Positions 21,216-29,819 of a DNA stretch of 64,000 bases are shown here, piece after piece. Numbering within the stretch: position 1 is the first letter of the stretch; the number at the start of each line of letters is the position of its first letter. The notes beneath the pieces were generated by a model that made no database searches, was not told the DNA's origin, and saw only the letters and a program-made list of their open reading frames with translations. The stretch is from an uncultured Erysipelotrichaceae bacterium (lineage in GTDB: Bacteria > Bacillota_I > Bacilli_A > RF39 > UBA660), in the NCBI GenBank assembly GCA_902791625.1, contig CADAWN010000002.1:4929-68928 (forward strand), written 5' to 3'. A program made the translations under genes and the position numbers.

Positions 21216-22430
21216 CTACAAGAAATAATAATGTTTAGCAATTAATAATAAACATATTAATGTAAAATTAATACTTAATAGAAGTACAATATTATTCTTT
21301 TTATCTCTTACAATATTTGCAACAAATTCTCTAATTAAAGCATTAGTATAAAAGTACCATTTAGTTTTACTTCCTATTCCTTCACAATCAATGTGTTGAT
21401 CTGCTGCGATAACACCACTTCTAAAAACATGGTAGTTAGTAGTTGAAAAAATAATTTTACCATTCTTTTTAATTTCATCTATTTTCTTTTTAGAAAACTT
21501 CATATTCTCATAAGTACTTGTTGATTCATTTTCTACTATTATTTGTTTTTCATCTATTCCTTGTTCAAGTAAATAATTTTTTATCGCATCAGCTTCTGAA
21601 GTTACTTCGTCACTACCTTGTCCACCAGAAGGTACATAATATACTTTCTTTTTATTAATCTCATACTCTTTATTTCCAAATTCTATTGCTTTATCTACTC
21701 TTCCTTTTAAAAGAGGTGTAAGAGTTCCATCTTCTCTTATTTTAGATCCTAATATAATTACAAAATCTTTATCATATTTAGGAGTATGTTTTCCTGCTTT
21801 AATATTACAATAAAGTGTTGCGATTATTAAAGTATAAAAGTAAGTTAAAGTTGCATTGATACAGATTTTCAAAATATTATCAATAACAATTTTATTATAA
21901 TAATCACTTATAAATTTAGAAAATAAGTAGTATAGTGTTTGACTACCTATAAGACTAATAAGAACAAGTATTCCCAAAATAACACTTAGCATTCTTCTTG
22001 GAGAAAAACCTTCTTTTTTTATTAATATTAGATTCGTAATAATACTATAAATAGCAAGTATTATTATAAATGGTAATACTAGTACTATAAAATATGAAAA
22101 TGATTCAAGTACATTAACATATACATCACCAAAACTAGGTATATACCAAGTTTTAAAAGCTAAATAAATATGTCTTATAATATTAATATTTAAAAATATT
22201 GAAAGTCCTAAATAAGTAATTATTTTATATGAATATTTTTCTTTTTTATATATTTTTCTTATATAGAAAGTACAATGTATTGAAAGTCCAATATACATAA
22301 GTATTAAAAATATTTGAAATGATCTACTTATAAAAATATGATTTAAATATGTTGTTTTTAATAATATTTCTATACCAAAAAAGATAAGAATTAGCATTAA
22401 TCCTAAACATATTAAACCTCTTTTTTTCAT
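21216..22430 (-). CDS. Membrane protein with YdcF/DUF218 (ElyC/SanA-like) domain
   Basis: VIILGSKIREDG, PSGGQGSDEVTSEA, ENESTSTYENM and TTNYHVFRS motifs follow the TM segments. Confidence 0.75.
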   Translation of the reverse strand: MKKRGLICLGLMLILIFFGIEILLKTTYLNHIFISRSFQIFLILMYIGLSIHCTFYIRKIYKKEKYSYKIITYLGLSIFLNINIIRHIYLAFKTWYIPSFGDVYVNVLESFSYFIVLVLPFIIILAIYSIITNLILIKKEGFSPRRMLSVILGILVLISLIGSQTLYYLFSKFISDYYNKIVIDNILKICINATLTYFYTLIIATLYCNIKAGKHTPKYDKDFVIILGSKIREDGTLTPLLKGRVDKAIEFGNKEYEINKKKVYYVPSGGQGSDEVTSEADAIKNYLLEQGIDEKQIIVENESTSTYENMKFSKKKIDEIKKNGKIIFSTTNYHVFRSGVIAADQHIDCEGIGSKTKWYFYTNALIREFVANIVRDKKNNIVLLLSINFTLICLLLIAKHYYFL

Positions 22431-22451
22431 ATTATCACCTCCTATATTTTA

Positions 22452-23174
22452 TTACATATTTAACATTTTTTGATATATTTCTGGACTTATTGAAGTTACA
22501 AGTATTAAGACTACACTTGCCATTTCTATAAGAGCGTGTCCAATCATAATTGGCACTGGATTCTTATGTTTGTGATAATACCAACATAAAATTATTGTAA
22601 GTGGTAAGAACGATAAGAATCTATAAATTATAAATTTAAAATCAAATAGTGTTGGTATAAAACTATGTTGTATTGCATAAAAGAATGCTGGTATTAAAAT
22701 AGCAAAATACTTATTTTTAAAACTATTTACTCCACATCCTAAATATAGAGCATCTTCTGCAAATGATACAGTAAGTGGTAAAATTATGAAGTTAAAAACT
22801 GCAAGTACAACTGGTATTGGTCTAATCATCATAGGTGGTGAATAAGGAATTTTCCCATAACAAATAAATCCAGCTAAATACATTCCTATAGTTCCTACTA
22901 ATAAAACTATAAGTGAAATAACTACTACTTGTTTTACTTTAGTACGTCCCTTTTCATAATTAATTAGTTTTTTATAATTATTTTTAGTAACTAAAACAAG
23001 TATTATAATTGTTATAATATTAACTATAGTTGCTACTACACTCCACCAATTACTTATACTATTTAAGCTCTTATTTGTAATATATGATCCTATTACAAAA
23101 ATAAGTATAAACATAATACTACGAATTGGTAATAAATATTTTAATTTACTATTATTCATTATTAACACCTTCAA
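22452..23174 (-). CDS. Polytopic membrane protein, degenerate CPBP-like
   Basis: AEDALYLG, YAIQHSF and GHALIEM loosely match the three CPBP motifs. Confidence 0.35.
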   Translation of the reverse strand: MKVLIMNNSKLKYLLPIRSIMFILIFVIGSYITNKSLNSISNWWSVVATIVNIITIIILVLVTKNNYKKLINYEKGRTKVKQVVVISLIVLLVGTIGMYLAGFICYGKIPYSPPMMIRPIPVVLAVFNFIILPLTVSFAEDALYLGCGVNSFKNKYFAILIPAFFYAIQHSFIPTLFDFKFIIYRFLSFLPLTIILCWYYHKHKNPVPIMIGHALIEMASVVLILVTSISPEIYQKMLNM

Positions 23175-23180
23175 TTTAAA

Positions 23181-23384
23181 CTATTTTATTTCTACTGGTT
23201 CTTTAGTGAATGAATATTTCATACATTTTATCTCATCTAAATACATAACCTTAAATATTTCATCATCATATTTATATATACTACTTGGTCCAGTTGGATC
23301 TTCTAACATAGCTTTTTTAACTTCTAATCTATCATCATTTACTAATTTACATGAAAGTCTAATCCATTCTCCATTTTTATTCAT
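23181..23384 (-). CDS. Small hypothetical protein
   Basis: 67-aa ORF in the operon gap. Confidence 0.4.
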   Translation of the reverse strand: MNKNGEWIRLSCKLVNDDRLEVKKAMLEDPTGPSSIYKYDDEIFKVMYLDEIKCMKYSFTKEPVEIK

Positions 23385-23389
23385 AACTA

Positions 23390-24373
23390 TTATCCTAATA
23401 CTTCAACCCATTTATTTAATTCTAATTCATATTTAAAATCTTTTAAACTATTCTTTAATTCATTTTCTTCTTCAAGCATTCTCTTTACTACATTTTCATA
23501 ATTATCTTCATCAAGAGATACTATTATACCATTAACACCATCTTCTACTTGTTCTTTAGCACTTTCAAAATTAGTAACTACTACTGGTACACCTAATACT
23601 TTAGCTTCAGTAATACTATTACACCAACTTTCTTCATCACTTAATTGAACTAAGTAATTACTATTCTTTACATAATTATATGGATTATCTTTATATCCAA
23701 CAAATACAACACTCTTATAATCTTTAAATAATTCTCTATATTCTTTTTCTCTAGTTCTACCTTTTCCTACTATATTAATTATATAAGGAATTTTCTTTTC
23801 TTCTAATACATTTACTAATTTATATAATCTTTCAAATCCTTTAGCTCTACTTATTCTAGATACAACACATAGTTTTAATACACTTTCATCTACATCTTTT
23901 AAAGGATTACTAACCTCTGCTAACTCTTCTATATTATCATTTATAAAATTGTGAATAACTATTCCTTCTTTTTGTATATTTAAATTATTCTTAACTGCTT
24001 CACTTACACATATAAATTTAGAACAATCATTAACAAAATCTTTATTATCAAGAAGACAATCTGGTAGAGTTCTTGGCATACTATGTATCCATGTATAATA
24101 CTCTTTTGCTTTTATTTGTTTTTTAAATCTATAATAATCAAAATATAAGTAACACCAAATACATATATCAGCTTCTACTATAGTATCTTCTTCTAGTTTA
24201 GTAACTGTAGCGTATTTAGATATTAAATTAACCACATTATTATCTAATATACTATCATCAAAATAACAAATTTCGAATTGATATTTGCCTTTTAACTCTT
24301 TAGTTAAATTCTCAATACATTTCTCTATTCCACCACTTATAATAGTCTTATTAAATAATACAATTTTCTTCAT
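23390..24373 (-). CDS. Glycosyltransferase, GT4 (group 1) family
   Basis: C-terminal EESWCNSITEAKVLGVPVVVTNFESAKEQVEDGVNGIIV matches the E-x7-E region. Confidence 0.8.
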   Translation of the reverse strand: MKKIVLFNKTIISGGIEKCIENLTKELKGKYQFEICYFDDSILDNNVVNLISKYATVTKLEEDTIVEADICIWCYLYFDYYRFKKQIKAKEYYTWIHSMPRTLPDCLLDNKDFVNDCSKFICVSEAVKNNLNIQKEGIVIHNFINDNIEELAEVSNPLKDVDESVLKLCVVSRISRAKGFERLYKLVNVLEEKKIPYIINIVGKGRTREKEYRELFKDYKSVVFVGYKDNPYNYVKNSNYLVQLSDEESWCNSITEAKVLGVPVVVTNFESAKEQVEDGVNGIIVSLDEDNYENVVKRMLEEENELKNSLKDFKYELELNKWVEVLG

Positions 24374-24481
24374 TTAATATCACCTCAATGTGATTATATA
24401 ATAATTAAAGATAAAAGTAAAAAAATAGTTGAAATTTTTTAAATTATAGTATAAAATAATCAAAAAAAAAGGAGGGCTATT

Positions 24482-25138
24482 ATGAGTATTAGTGTTATAA
24501 TCCCTGCATATAATGAAGAAAAATATATTTCTAAAGTTATAGGATTAGTAAAAAAATGTAATTGTGTTGATGAAATATTAGTAGTTGATAATAATTCTAC
24601 TGATAATACATCTAAAATAGCTAAAAAGTGTGGAGCTAGAACTGTTTTTTGTAAAGATCAAGGTAAAGGTTATGCGATGGAAATGGGAATTAAAGAAGCA
24701 AGTGGAGATGTATTAGTTTTTTTAGACGGAGATATATGTAATTATAAGAAAGACTTTATTAAATTACTTATTAACCCTATTTTAAATGATGAAGCTGATT
24801 TTGTTAAAGCTACTTTTAAAAGAGATGGTGGTAGAGTTACTGAATTAGTTGCTAGACCATTATTAGAATTAACATTCCCAGAATTAGGTAATTTCACTCA
24901 ACCTTTAAGTGGAATAATCGCAGGAAGAAAAGAAGTTTTTACTAAAATAACACTTGAAAAAGATTATGGAGTAGATGTGGGTATACTTATAGATGTATAT
25001 AAAAATAAAGATAGATTAACAGAAGTAACTATTGGATCAATAAAAAATTATTCACAAGACTGGCATAGTCTAATAGATATGTCTAAACAAGTATCAAGAG
25101 CTATACTTATAAGAGCTAATAAAATAAAAATAAAATAA
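24482..25138 (+). CDS. Glycosyltransferase, GT2 family
   Basis: ISVIIPAYNEEKYI, VVDNNSTDNT and DGD motifs; GGAGGG RBS. Confidence 0.85.
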   Translation: MSISVIIPAYNEEKYISKVIGLVKKCNCVDEILVVDNNSTDNTSKIAKKCGARTVFCKDQGKGYAMEMGIKEASGDVLVFLDGDICNYKKDFIKLLINPILNDEADFVKATFKRDGGRVTELVARPLLELTFPELGNFTQPLSGIIAGRKEVFTKITLEKDYGVDVGILIDVYKNKDRLTEVTIGSIKNYSQDWHSLIDMSKQVSRAILIRANKIKIK

Positions 25139-25167
25139 AAGAGTTCATTTTTTAGAACTCTTTTTTT
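25137..25167. terminator. Bidirectional hairpin between convergent genes
   Basis: 9-bp stem AAAGAGTTC/GAACTCTTT flanked by an A-run and a T-run. Confidence 0.5.
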
Positions 25168-25444
25168 CATTTATAGTTATATATGCTTTTCTAGATTTAA
25201 TAAATACATATACTAGTAACATTAATCCAATTACCATTGTAAGTATTCCTTCTACTACATTCTTTTTAATTGTATAGATGCCTATATATACAATAACTGC
25301 TAGTACAGATAATATTATTAAAAAGAATAATGTTATTATGAATAACAATATAAATCTTTTTAACTTAGAGTTATTTTTATCCCTACTTGCCTCTATTAAT
25401 TCATTTAATATAAACTCAAGTATTATTTCAAATATTATATCCAT
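25145..25444 (-). CDS. Small membrane protein
   Basis: 99 aa with two long hydrophobic helices. Confidence 0.45.
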   Translation of the reverse strand: MDIIFEIILEFILNELIEASRDKNNSKLKRFILLFIITLFFLIILSVLAVIVYIGIYTIKKNVVEGILTMVIGLMLLVYVFIKSRKAYITINEKKSSKK

Positions 25445-25474
25445 AACAACACCTCTCTATTAATATTATAACAT

Positions 25475-25500
25475 AAAAACTGCATTACTGCAGTTTTTTT
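25475..25500 (-). terminator. Intrinsic terminator of the 25505-26803 gene
   Basis: 10-bp stem AAAAACTGCA/TGCAGTTTTT with a 4-nt loop, followed by a T-run on either strand. Confidence 0.65.
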
Positions 25501-25504
25501 ATTT

Positions 25505-26803
25505 TTATCCAATATCACTTGTATTTATTTCTATAACTGGGCGAACGCCGTAGTAGTCGTCGTCGCTGCAGTCGTCGTAGCTGAAGCTCGGGGCGTACGA
25601 AGACACATGCCACACGCTGCCATTGTCGTAAGCAGAACCAAGCCAAAATGGTGTTTTCTTAATGAATGACCCTTCTGGGCACGTATTTTCATTTGCATCA
25701 CATCCTAGACTTGTTGCTTCTTCAAAAGTTAATAACCTTCCTGTTATAGTTGATGGAGCTCCCATTTCGATTAATTTTGTTTTATATTGTTCTACATAGT
25801 AAGCTATGTTATATCCTGGTGTATTCCATCCATCATTTTCAAAATCAGGAGCTGTAGTTAGTGAACTATTATATACAAATGGTTTTGGATTTCCATCATA
25901 ACTTGCTCCAGTTGCATTATATGGACTTAGTAATCCATTTCCATCATCCCAGTAGTTTGTACTTGAGAAAGCTACTGTTGAATAATAAGAATTGCCATCA
26001 TATCCAATGGCATCTACACTTTGTAAACCATATCCTGGTGTTGACGGAGACATGTATGTATCCTCATAATTAGTGCTTTCATTATTGCTATATCCTACTA
26101 ATAAGTTGTATTTTGAAATTAACACTGTCTTTTCTTGATTACTTGATACTACATAGAAGTCTTCTGTTTCTCCTATTCCTACTATATCTCCTGGTTGTAA
26201 GTTACCTTTTTCTCCTTTTATAATTCTTACAGCACTTTGTTGCCCAGATTTTTCTCCTTGTACATAATCTACTTCAAATACTAGTTTCATTGTTTCTGTT
26301 GTTGAGTCATTCAATGTACTTGGATCTATATCTGTTTTATACCATACTCTTACTTTATACTTCTTTCTTGTTGGGGTATTTCCTTTTTTAGCTTCTAGAA
26401 CATCTCCTGCAGTAACATCTGCATCATTTTCTGCATATTTAACAGTATATCCAAGATAATCTGGTAAGTTCTTTGGTGTTGTTCCATCACTTTCATATAC
26501 ATTGTTCTTTACTCCATTTGGAGCTATTTTTGCATTTAAGCTTCCTTCATTTACAGCGTCACTATATTCTATTTGTGTCTTACCAGCATCTGTTACTCTT
26601 GCTCCATTTCCTTCTGATGTTGCTACACTTCCACTTGTTACTTGTATACTATTTTCATCCCAATATACATTCCATCTTGCACTTTTTACATCTGCACTAC
26701 CATTTATCTTTAATGTTGTAGCTATTGCCGCATATCCAATAGTAATTGCTAGAAGTAAAATAATTACAGTTAGTAATGTCTTATTCTTTTTGTTTTTCTT
26801 CAT
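25505..26803 (-). CDS. Membrane-anchored surface protein with lectin-like (DUF1566/DUF6273-like) C-terminal domain ending in a YGVRPV motif
   Basis: 432 aa with an N-terminal signal anchor. The C-terminus FWLGSAY...YYGVRPVIEI parallels WWLATGN...YAGLRPVIHL in ORF 44873-46078. The gene has its own promoter and terminator. Confidence 0.6.
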   Translation of the reverse strand: MKKNKKNKTLLTVIILLLAITIGYAAIATTLKINGSADVKSARWNVYWDENSIQVTSGSVATSEGNGARVTDAGKTQIEYSDAVNEGSLNAKIAPNGVKNNVYESDGTTPKNLPDYLGYTVKYAENDADVTAGDVLEAKKGNTPTRKKYKVRVWYKTDIDPSTLNDSTTETMKLVFEVDYVQGEKSGQQSAVRIIKGEKGNLQPGDIVGIGETEDFYVVSSNQEKTVLISKYNLLVGYSNNESTNYEDTYMSPSTPGYGLQSVDAIGYDGNSYYSTVAFSSTNYWDDGNGLLSPYNATGASYDGNPKPFVYNSSLTTAPDFENDGWNTPGYNIAYYVEQYKTKLIEMGAPSTITGRLLTFEEATSLGCDANENTCPEGSFIKKTPFWLGSAYDNGSVWHVSSYAPSFSYDDCSDDDYYGVRPVIEINTSDIG

Positions 26804-26830
26804 CTTTTCCTCCTATTATTATTTAATAAT

Positions 26831-26860
26831 AGTATACCCCCCCCCACTGAATTTTGTCAA
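26831..26860 (-). promoter_or_regulatory. Sigma-A-type promoter (TTGACA, 18-nt spacer, TATACT) with a G9 tract in the spacer
   Basis: Minus strand reads caCATTGACAaaattcagtGGGGGGGGGTATACTatt...GGAGGaaaagaATG. The -35 is at 26855-26860 and the -10 at 26831-26836. Confidence 0.65.
26837..26845. repeat. Homopolymeric C9/G9 tract
   Basis: Nine consecutive C on the plus strand. It is the only long G/C homopolymer I saw in this AT-rich window. Confidence 0.95.
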
Positions 26861-26882
26861 TGTGAAATAGATAAAATAATAA

Positions 26883-27774
26883 CTATACTAACTCATATTC
26901 ACTTGATAATATTCTTTTGTCACTTGAATACTTAATTATATATTTATTATCTTTTTTAGTAATTATTATTCCTATAGTTTTATCTTGATTTATTCTTCTT
27001 AAATTATTATCTATATAATTCATATATACCTCAATCTGACCAATATGTTCTTTTTTTAACTCTGTTACTTTTAACTCTACTACTACTAAACTCTATATTA
27101 AATAGTAATAAATCTATGTAGTTATAAGTATTACCTATTTTTATCTTATATTCATTACCAACATAACTATATCCATTACTTAGTTGTAATAAAAAACTAT
27201 CTAGATTATTTAATATAGATTCTTTTAAAGCATATTCAGAAAACTTTTCCTTTGATGAAGTCTTTTTAATAATTATTGGATTAGGTATTAAATCTTTTAT
27301 ATCAAGTTCTTGTCGTTTTATAATTTTATTCTTTGTATTATTAGGTAATCTATTATAAGTATTGTTTTTTATTAAATCATGTAATTGTCTCTGAGTTAGG
27401 TTTTTATTCTCACACTCATTTAAATAATATATTATCTCATTTATATTTTTAAGTGATAAAACTTCACGATAATGACTCCAACTCAATTTGGAACGCAATG
27501 TGTTCCATTTTATTTCATTTAGCATTTCATAGAATTGCCTCATATATCTTAGATTTCTTTCATTATATTTTTTACCAACTTCAATCATTAGTTTATCTGA
27601 ATACTGTTTAATTATATTTTTACCATATTCTTTACCTGCTTCACTTAATAATCTTCCTATTTTGAAATATACAAATACTTTATTTCTATCTTTTGAATAA
27701 TCTTTTGCTCTATCATATATTTCACTTTTTATTAATTCTTCTTTTATACTTTTATAATAATCCGTAATTATCAC
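26883..27774 (-). pseudogene. DUF1016/YhcG-type PD-(D/E)xK nuclease-like gene, frameshifted near 27085-27095
   Basis: The track ORF ends ...YIDLLLFNIEFSSSRVKSNRVKKRTYWSD. The +1 frame continues SLVVELKVTELKKEHIGQIEVYMNYIDNNLRRINQDKTIGIIITKKDNKYIIKYSSDKRILSSEYELV to a TAG at 26883-26885, restoring the family's conserved VVELK core and C-terminus. Confidence 0.7.
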
Positions 27775-27844
27775 CTCAATTGTATTATACTGAGGTGATA
27801 CTAAAAATTCTAAAAAAATATTTTTTGTTTCTACTTCTTTTTTT

Positions 27845-27877
27845 TATAAAAAAAAAGCGATAGGTCTTGCGACCTAT
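27845..27877 (-). terminator. Strong intrinsic terminator downstream of recG
   Basis: Minus strand reads GATAGGTC-GCAA-GACCTATC-GC-TTTTTTTTT: a GC-rich 8-bp stem, a GNRA loop and a U9 tail. Confidence 0.8.
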
Positions 27878-28019
27878 CTTCAGGGGGTTCGGTTGAATAT
27901 ACTCTCACTTGATATAATCGTGAGAGATATCAGCATAATATCTCTACTATGCACTTTAATAATATCGAAGAAAAGAAAAAAAGTCAATTGGTTTAAATTA
28001 ACTTTTTTAAAAACTTTTT

Positions 28020-29819
28020 CTAATAATTTGTATTCATTGAATTTATAAAGTTTTCTTTTAATTCATCCTTACATTCTTCATCAAGTAAATACTCTTCACT
28101 ATCTTTTTTGGCTTTAAGTAATATGTTGTAATCATCTTTAATAGATGCGATTTTAAATGTCATATCACCACTTTGTTTAGTACCAAATAAGTCTCCATGA
28201 CCACGTAATTTAAAGTCTTCTTCACTTATTCTAAATCCATCTGATTCTTCTACCATAACATGAAGTCTTTTAGCATCATTATCACTTATTAAAATACATT
28301 TAGATTCATCTTCTCCACGTCCAACTCTACCTCTAAGCTGATGTAGTGTTGAAAGTCCAAATCTATCTGCATCAAATATTACCATAGTAGTTGCATTACT
28401 TACATCTACTCCTACTTCTATTACTGTAGTAGATATTAATATTTGAATTTTATTTTGTAAGAATTCTTGCATTATTAATTCTTTAGCTTTACTAGCCATC
28501 TTCCCATGAATAATATCTATTTTATAATATTCACCAAATGCAAGTTGCATTTTTTCTTTTAAATCACAAACTGTTGCAAGTTCACCTGATGTTTCGCTTT
28601 CTTCTATTAATGGTGCGATAACATATACTTGGTGATGTTTCTTTAATTCTTCTAACATCATTCCAAGTACATCTTTAATTTCAGCACTTGTTTTTAGATA
28701 AGTCTTAACAGGTTTTCTACCTACAGGTTTTTCTTTAATAATAGATGTATCCATATCTCCATAAATAGTTAAAGCATAAGTTCTTGGAATTGGAGTTGCA
28801 CTCATGTATAGGATATCAGGCATTAAACCTTTATTTTGTAGGTTACCTCTTTGGTTAACTCCAAAACGATGTTGTTCATCAGTAATTACAAGACCTAAAT
28901 TATAGTAATCTACTTCTTCTTGAATTAGAGCATGTGTACCTACTACTATACTTATTTTTCCACTTTCTAAATCTTTATATATTAAAGCTTTATCTTTCTT
29001 TAAAGTAGAACCTGTAAGAAGCGCTACTTCTATATTTGTACCTTTTAATATTTCTTTTAAATTATTATAATGTTGAACAGCAAGTATTTCAGTTGGAGCC
29101 ATTAATGCTGATTGATATCCACACATACTGTTAATATACATCGCTATAAAAGATACGATAGTCTTACCACTTCCAACATCACCTTGTAGTAATCTATTCA
29201 TTCTGTGACTTGATGACATATCTTTTATAATATCAGTTACTGCTTTATTTTGATCATTTGTTAATTTAAATGGTAAGTTCTCAATAAACTTATTTACTAA
29301 AGCTATATCTATATCTCTTTTTATACCAATATTCTTCTTTTTGTTCTGCATCTTTAAATAGTTTATCTTATACATAAACTGAAATAATTCTTCATATTTA
29401 AGTCTATATTTAGCTTCTTCTAGTTTTTCATCTGTAGGAGGATTATGTACAATATTTAAAGCTGTTTTCTTGTTCACAAATCCATACTTTTCAATATAAC
29501 GTTCTGGTATATAATCTTTTATAGTTTTACCATACATAAGTAAAGCCATATTTATATAATTACTTAAGCTTTTTACAGTTAATCCACTGGTACTGTGATA
29601 AACTGGTTCTATTTTAACTTTATTAGAAAGTGTTGAAAGTTTTATTTCAGAAGCTGTAATTATATTTTTTGATTTATCATATTTACCTATTACAGTAATA
29701 CCAGTTCCTACTTCTAAATCTTTCTTTAAGAAAGCTCTATTAAATATAGAAACACCTACTACTCCACTTTGAGTAACAAGTCTAAAATTCATTTTATTAA
29801 GTCCTGCTTTAAATCTCAT
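28020..29819 (-). CDS. recG: ATP-dependent DNA helicase RecG (main body)
   Basis: Walker A GDVGSGKT, the DEQH box in VITDEQHRFGV, and the helicase C-terminal motifs QLRGRVGRG. Confidence 0.9.
   Translation of the reverse strand: MRFKAGLNKMNFRLVTQSGVVGVSIFNRAFLKKDLEVGTGITVIGKYDKSKNIITASEIKLSTLSNKVKIEPVYHSTSGLTVKSLSNYINMALLMYGKTIKDYIPERYIEKYGFVNKKTALNIVHNPPTDEKLEEAKYRLKYEELFQFMYKINYLKMQNKKKNIGIKRDIDIALVNKFIENLPFKLTNDQNKAVTDIIKDMSSSHRMNRLLQGDVGSGKTIVSFIAMYINSMCGYQSALMAPTEILAVQHYNNLKEILKGTNIEVALLTGSTLKKDKALIYKDLESGKISIVVGTHALIQEEVDYYNLGLVITDEQHRFGVNQRGNLQNKGLMPDILYMSATPIPRTYALTIYGDMDTSIIKEKPVGRKPVKTYLKTSAEIKDVLGMMLEELKKHHQVYVIAPLIEESETSGELATVCDLKEKMQLAFGEYYKIDIIHGKMASKAKELIMQEFLQNKIQILISTTVIEVGVDVSNATTMVIFDADRFGLSTLHQLRGRVGRGEDESKCILISDNDAKRLHVMVEESDGFRISEEDFKLRGHGDLFGTKQSGDMTFKIASIKDDYNILLKAKKDSEEYLLDEECKDELKENFINSMNTNY

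Noticed and set aside
24466-24474. A9 tract abutting the RBS of the GT2 glycosyltransferase gene, considered as a phase-variation site.
   Set aside because: A/T homopolymers of 8-10 nt are frequent throughout this AT-rich window, so unlike the G9 tract it is not statistically distinctive.
26473-26870. Plus-strand ORFs (82 aa and 122 aa, His/Leu/Phe-rich) overlapping the surface-protein gene; also 25861-26073.
   Set aside because: They lie antisense to a well-supported 432-aa gene that has its own promoter, RBS and terminator. Their composition is the mirror image of that gene's codons, and they have no RBS.
27769-27800. 10-bp inverted repeat whose upstream arm (ATCACCTC) mimics the 16S anti-SD and could sequester the SD and GTG start of the DUF1016 gene.
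   Set aside because: The structure is real, but the downstream gene is frameshifted and the hairpin could equally be incidental. It is noted under the pseudogene finding rather than called as a regulatory element.
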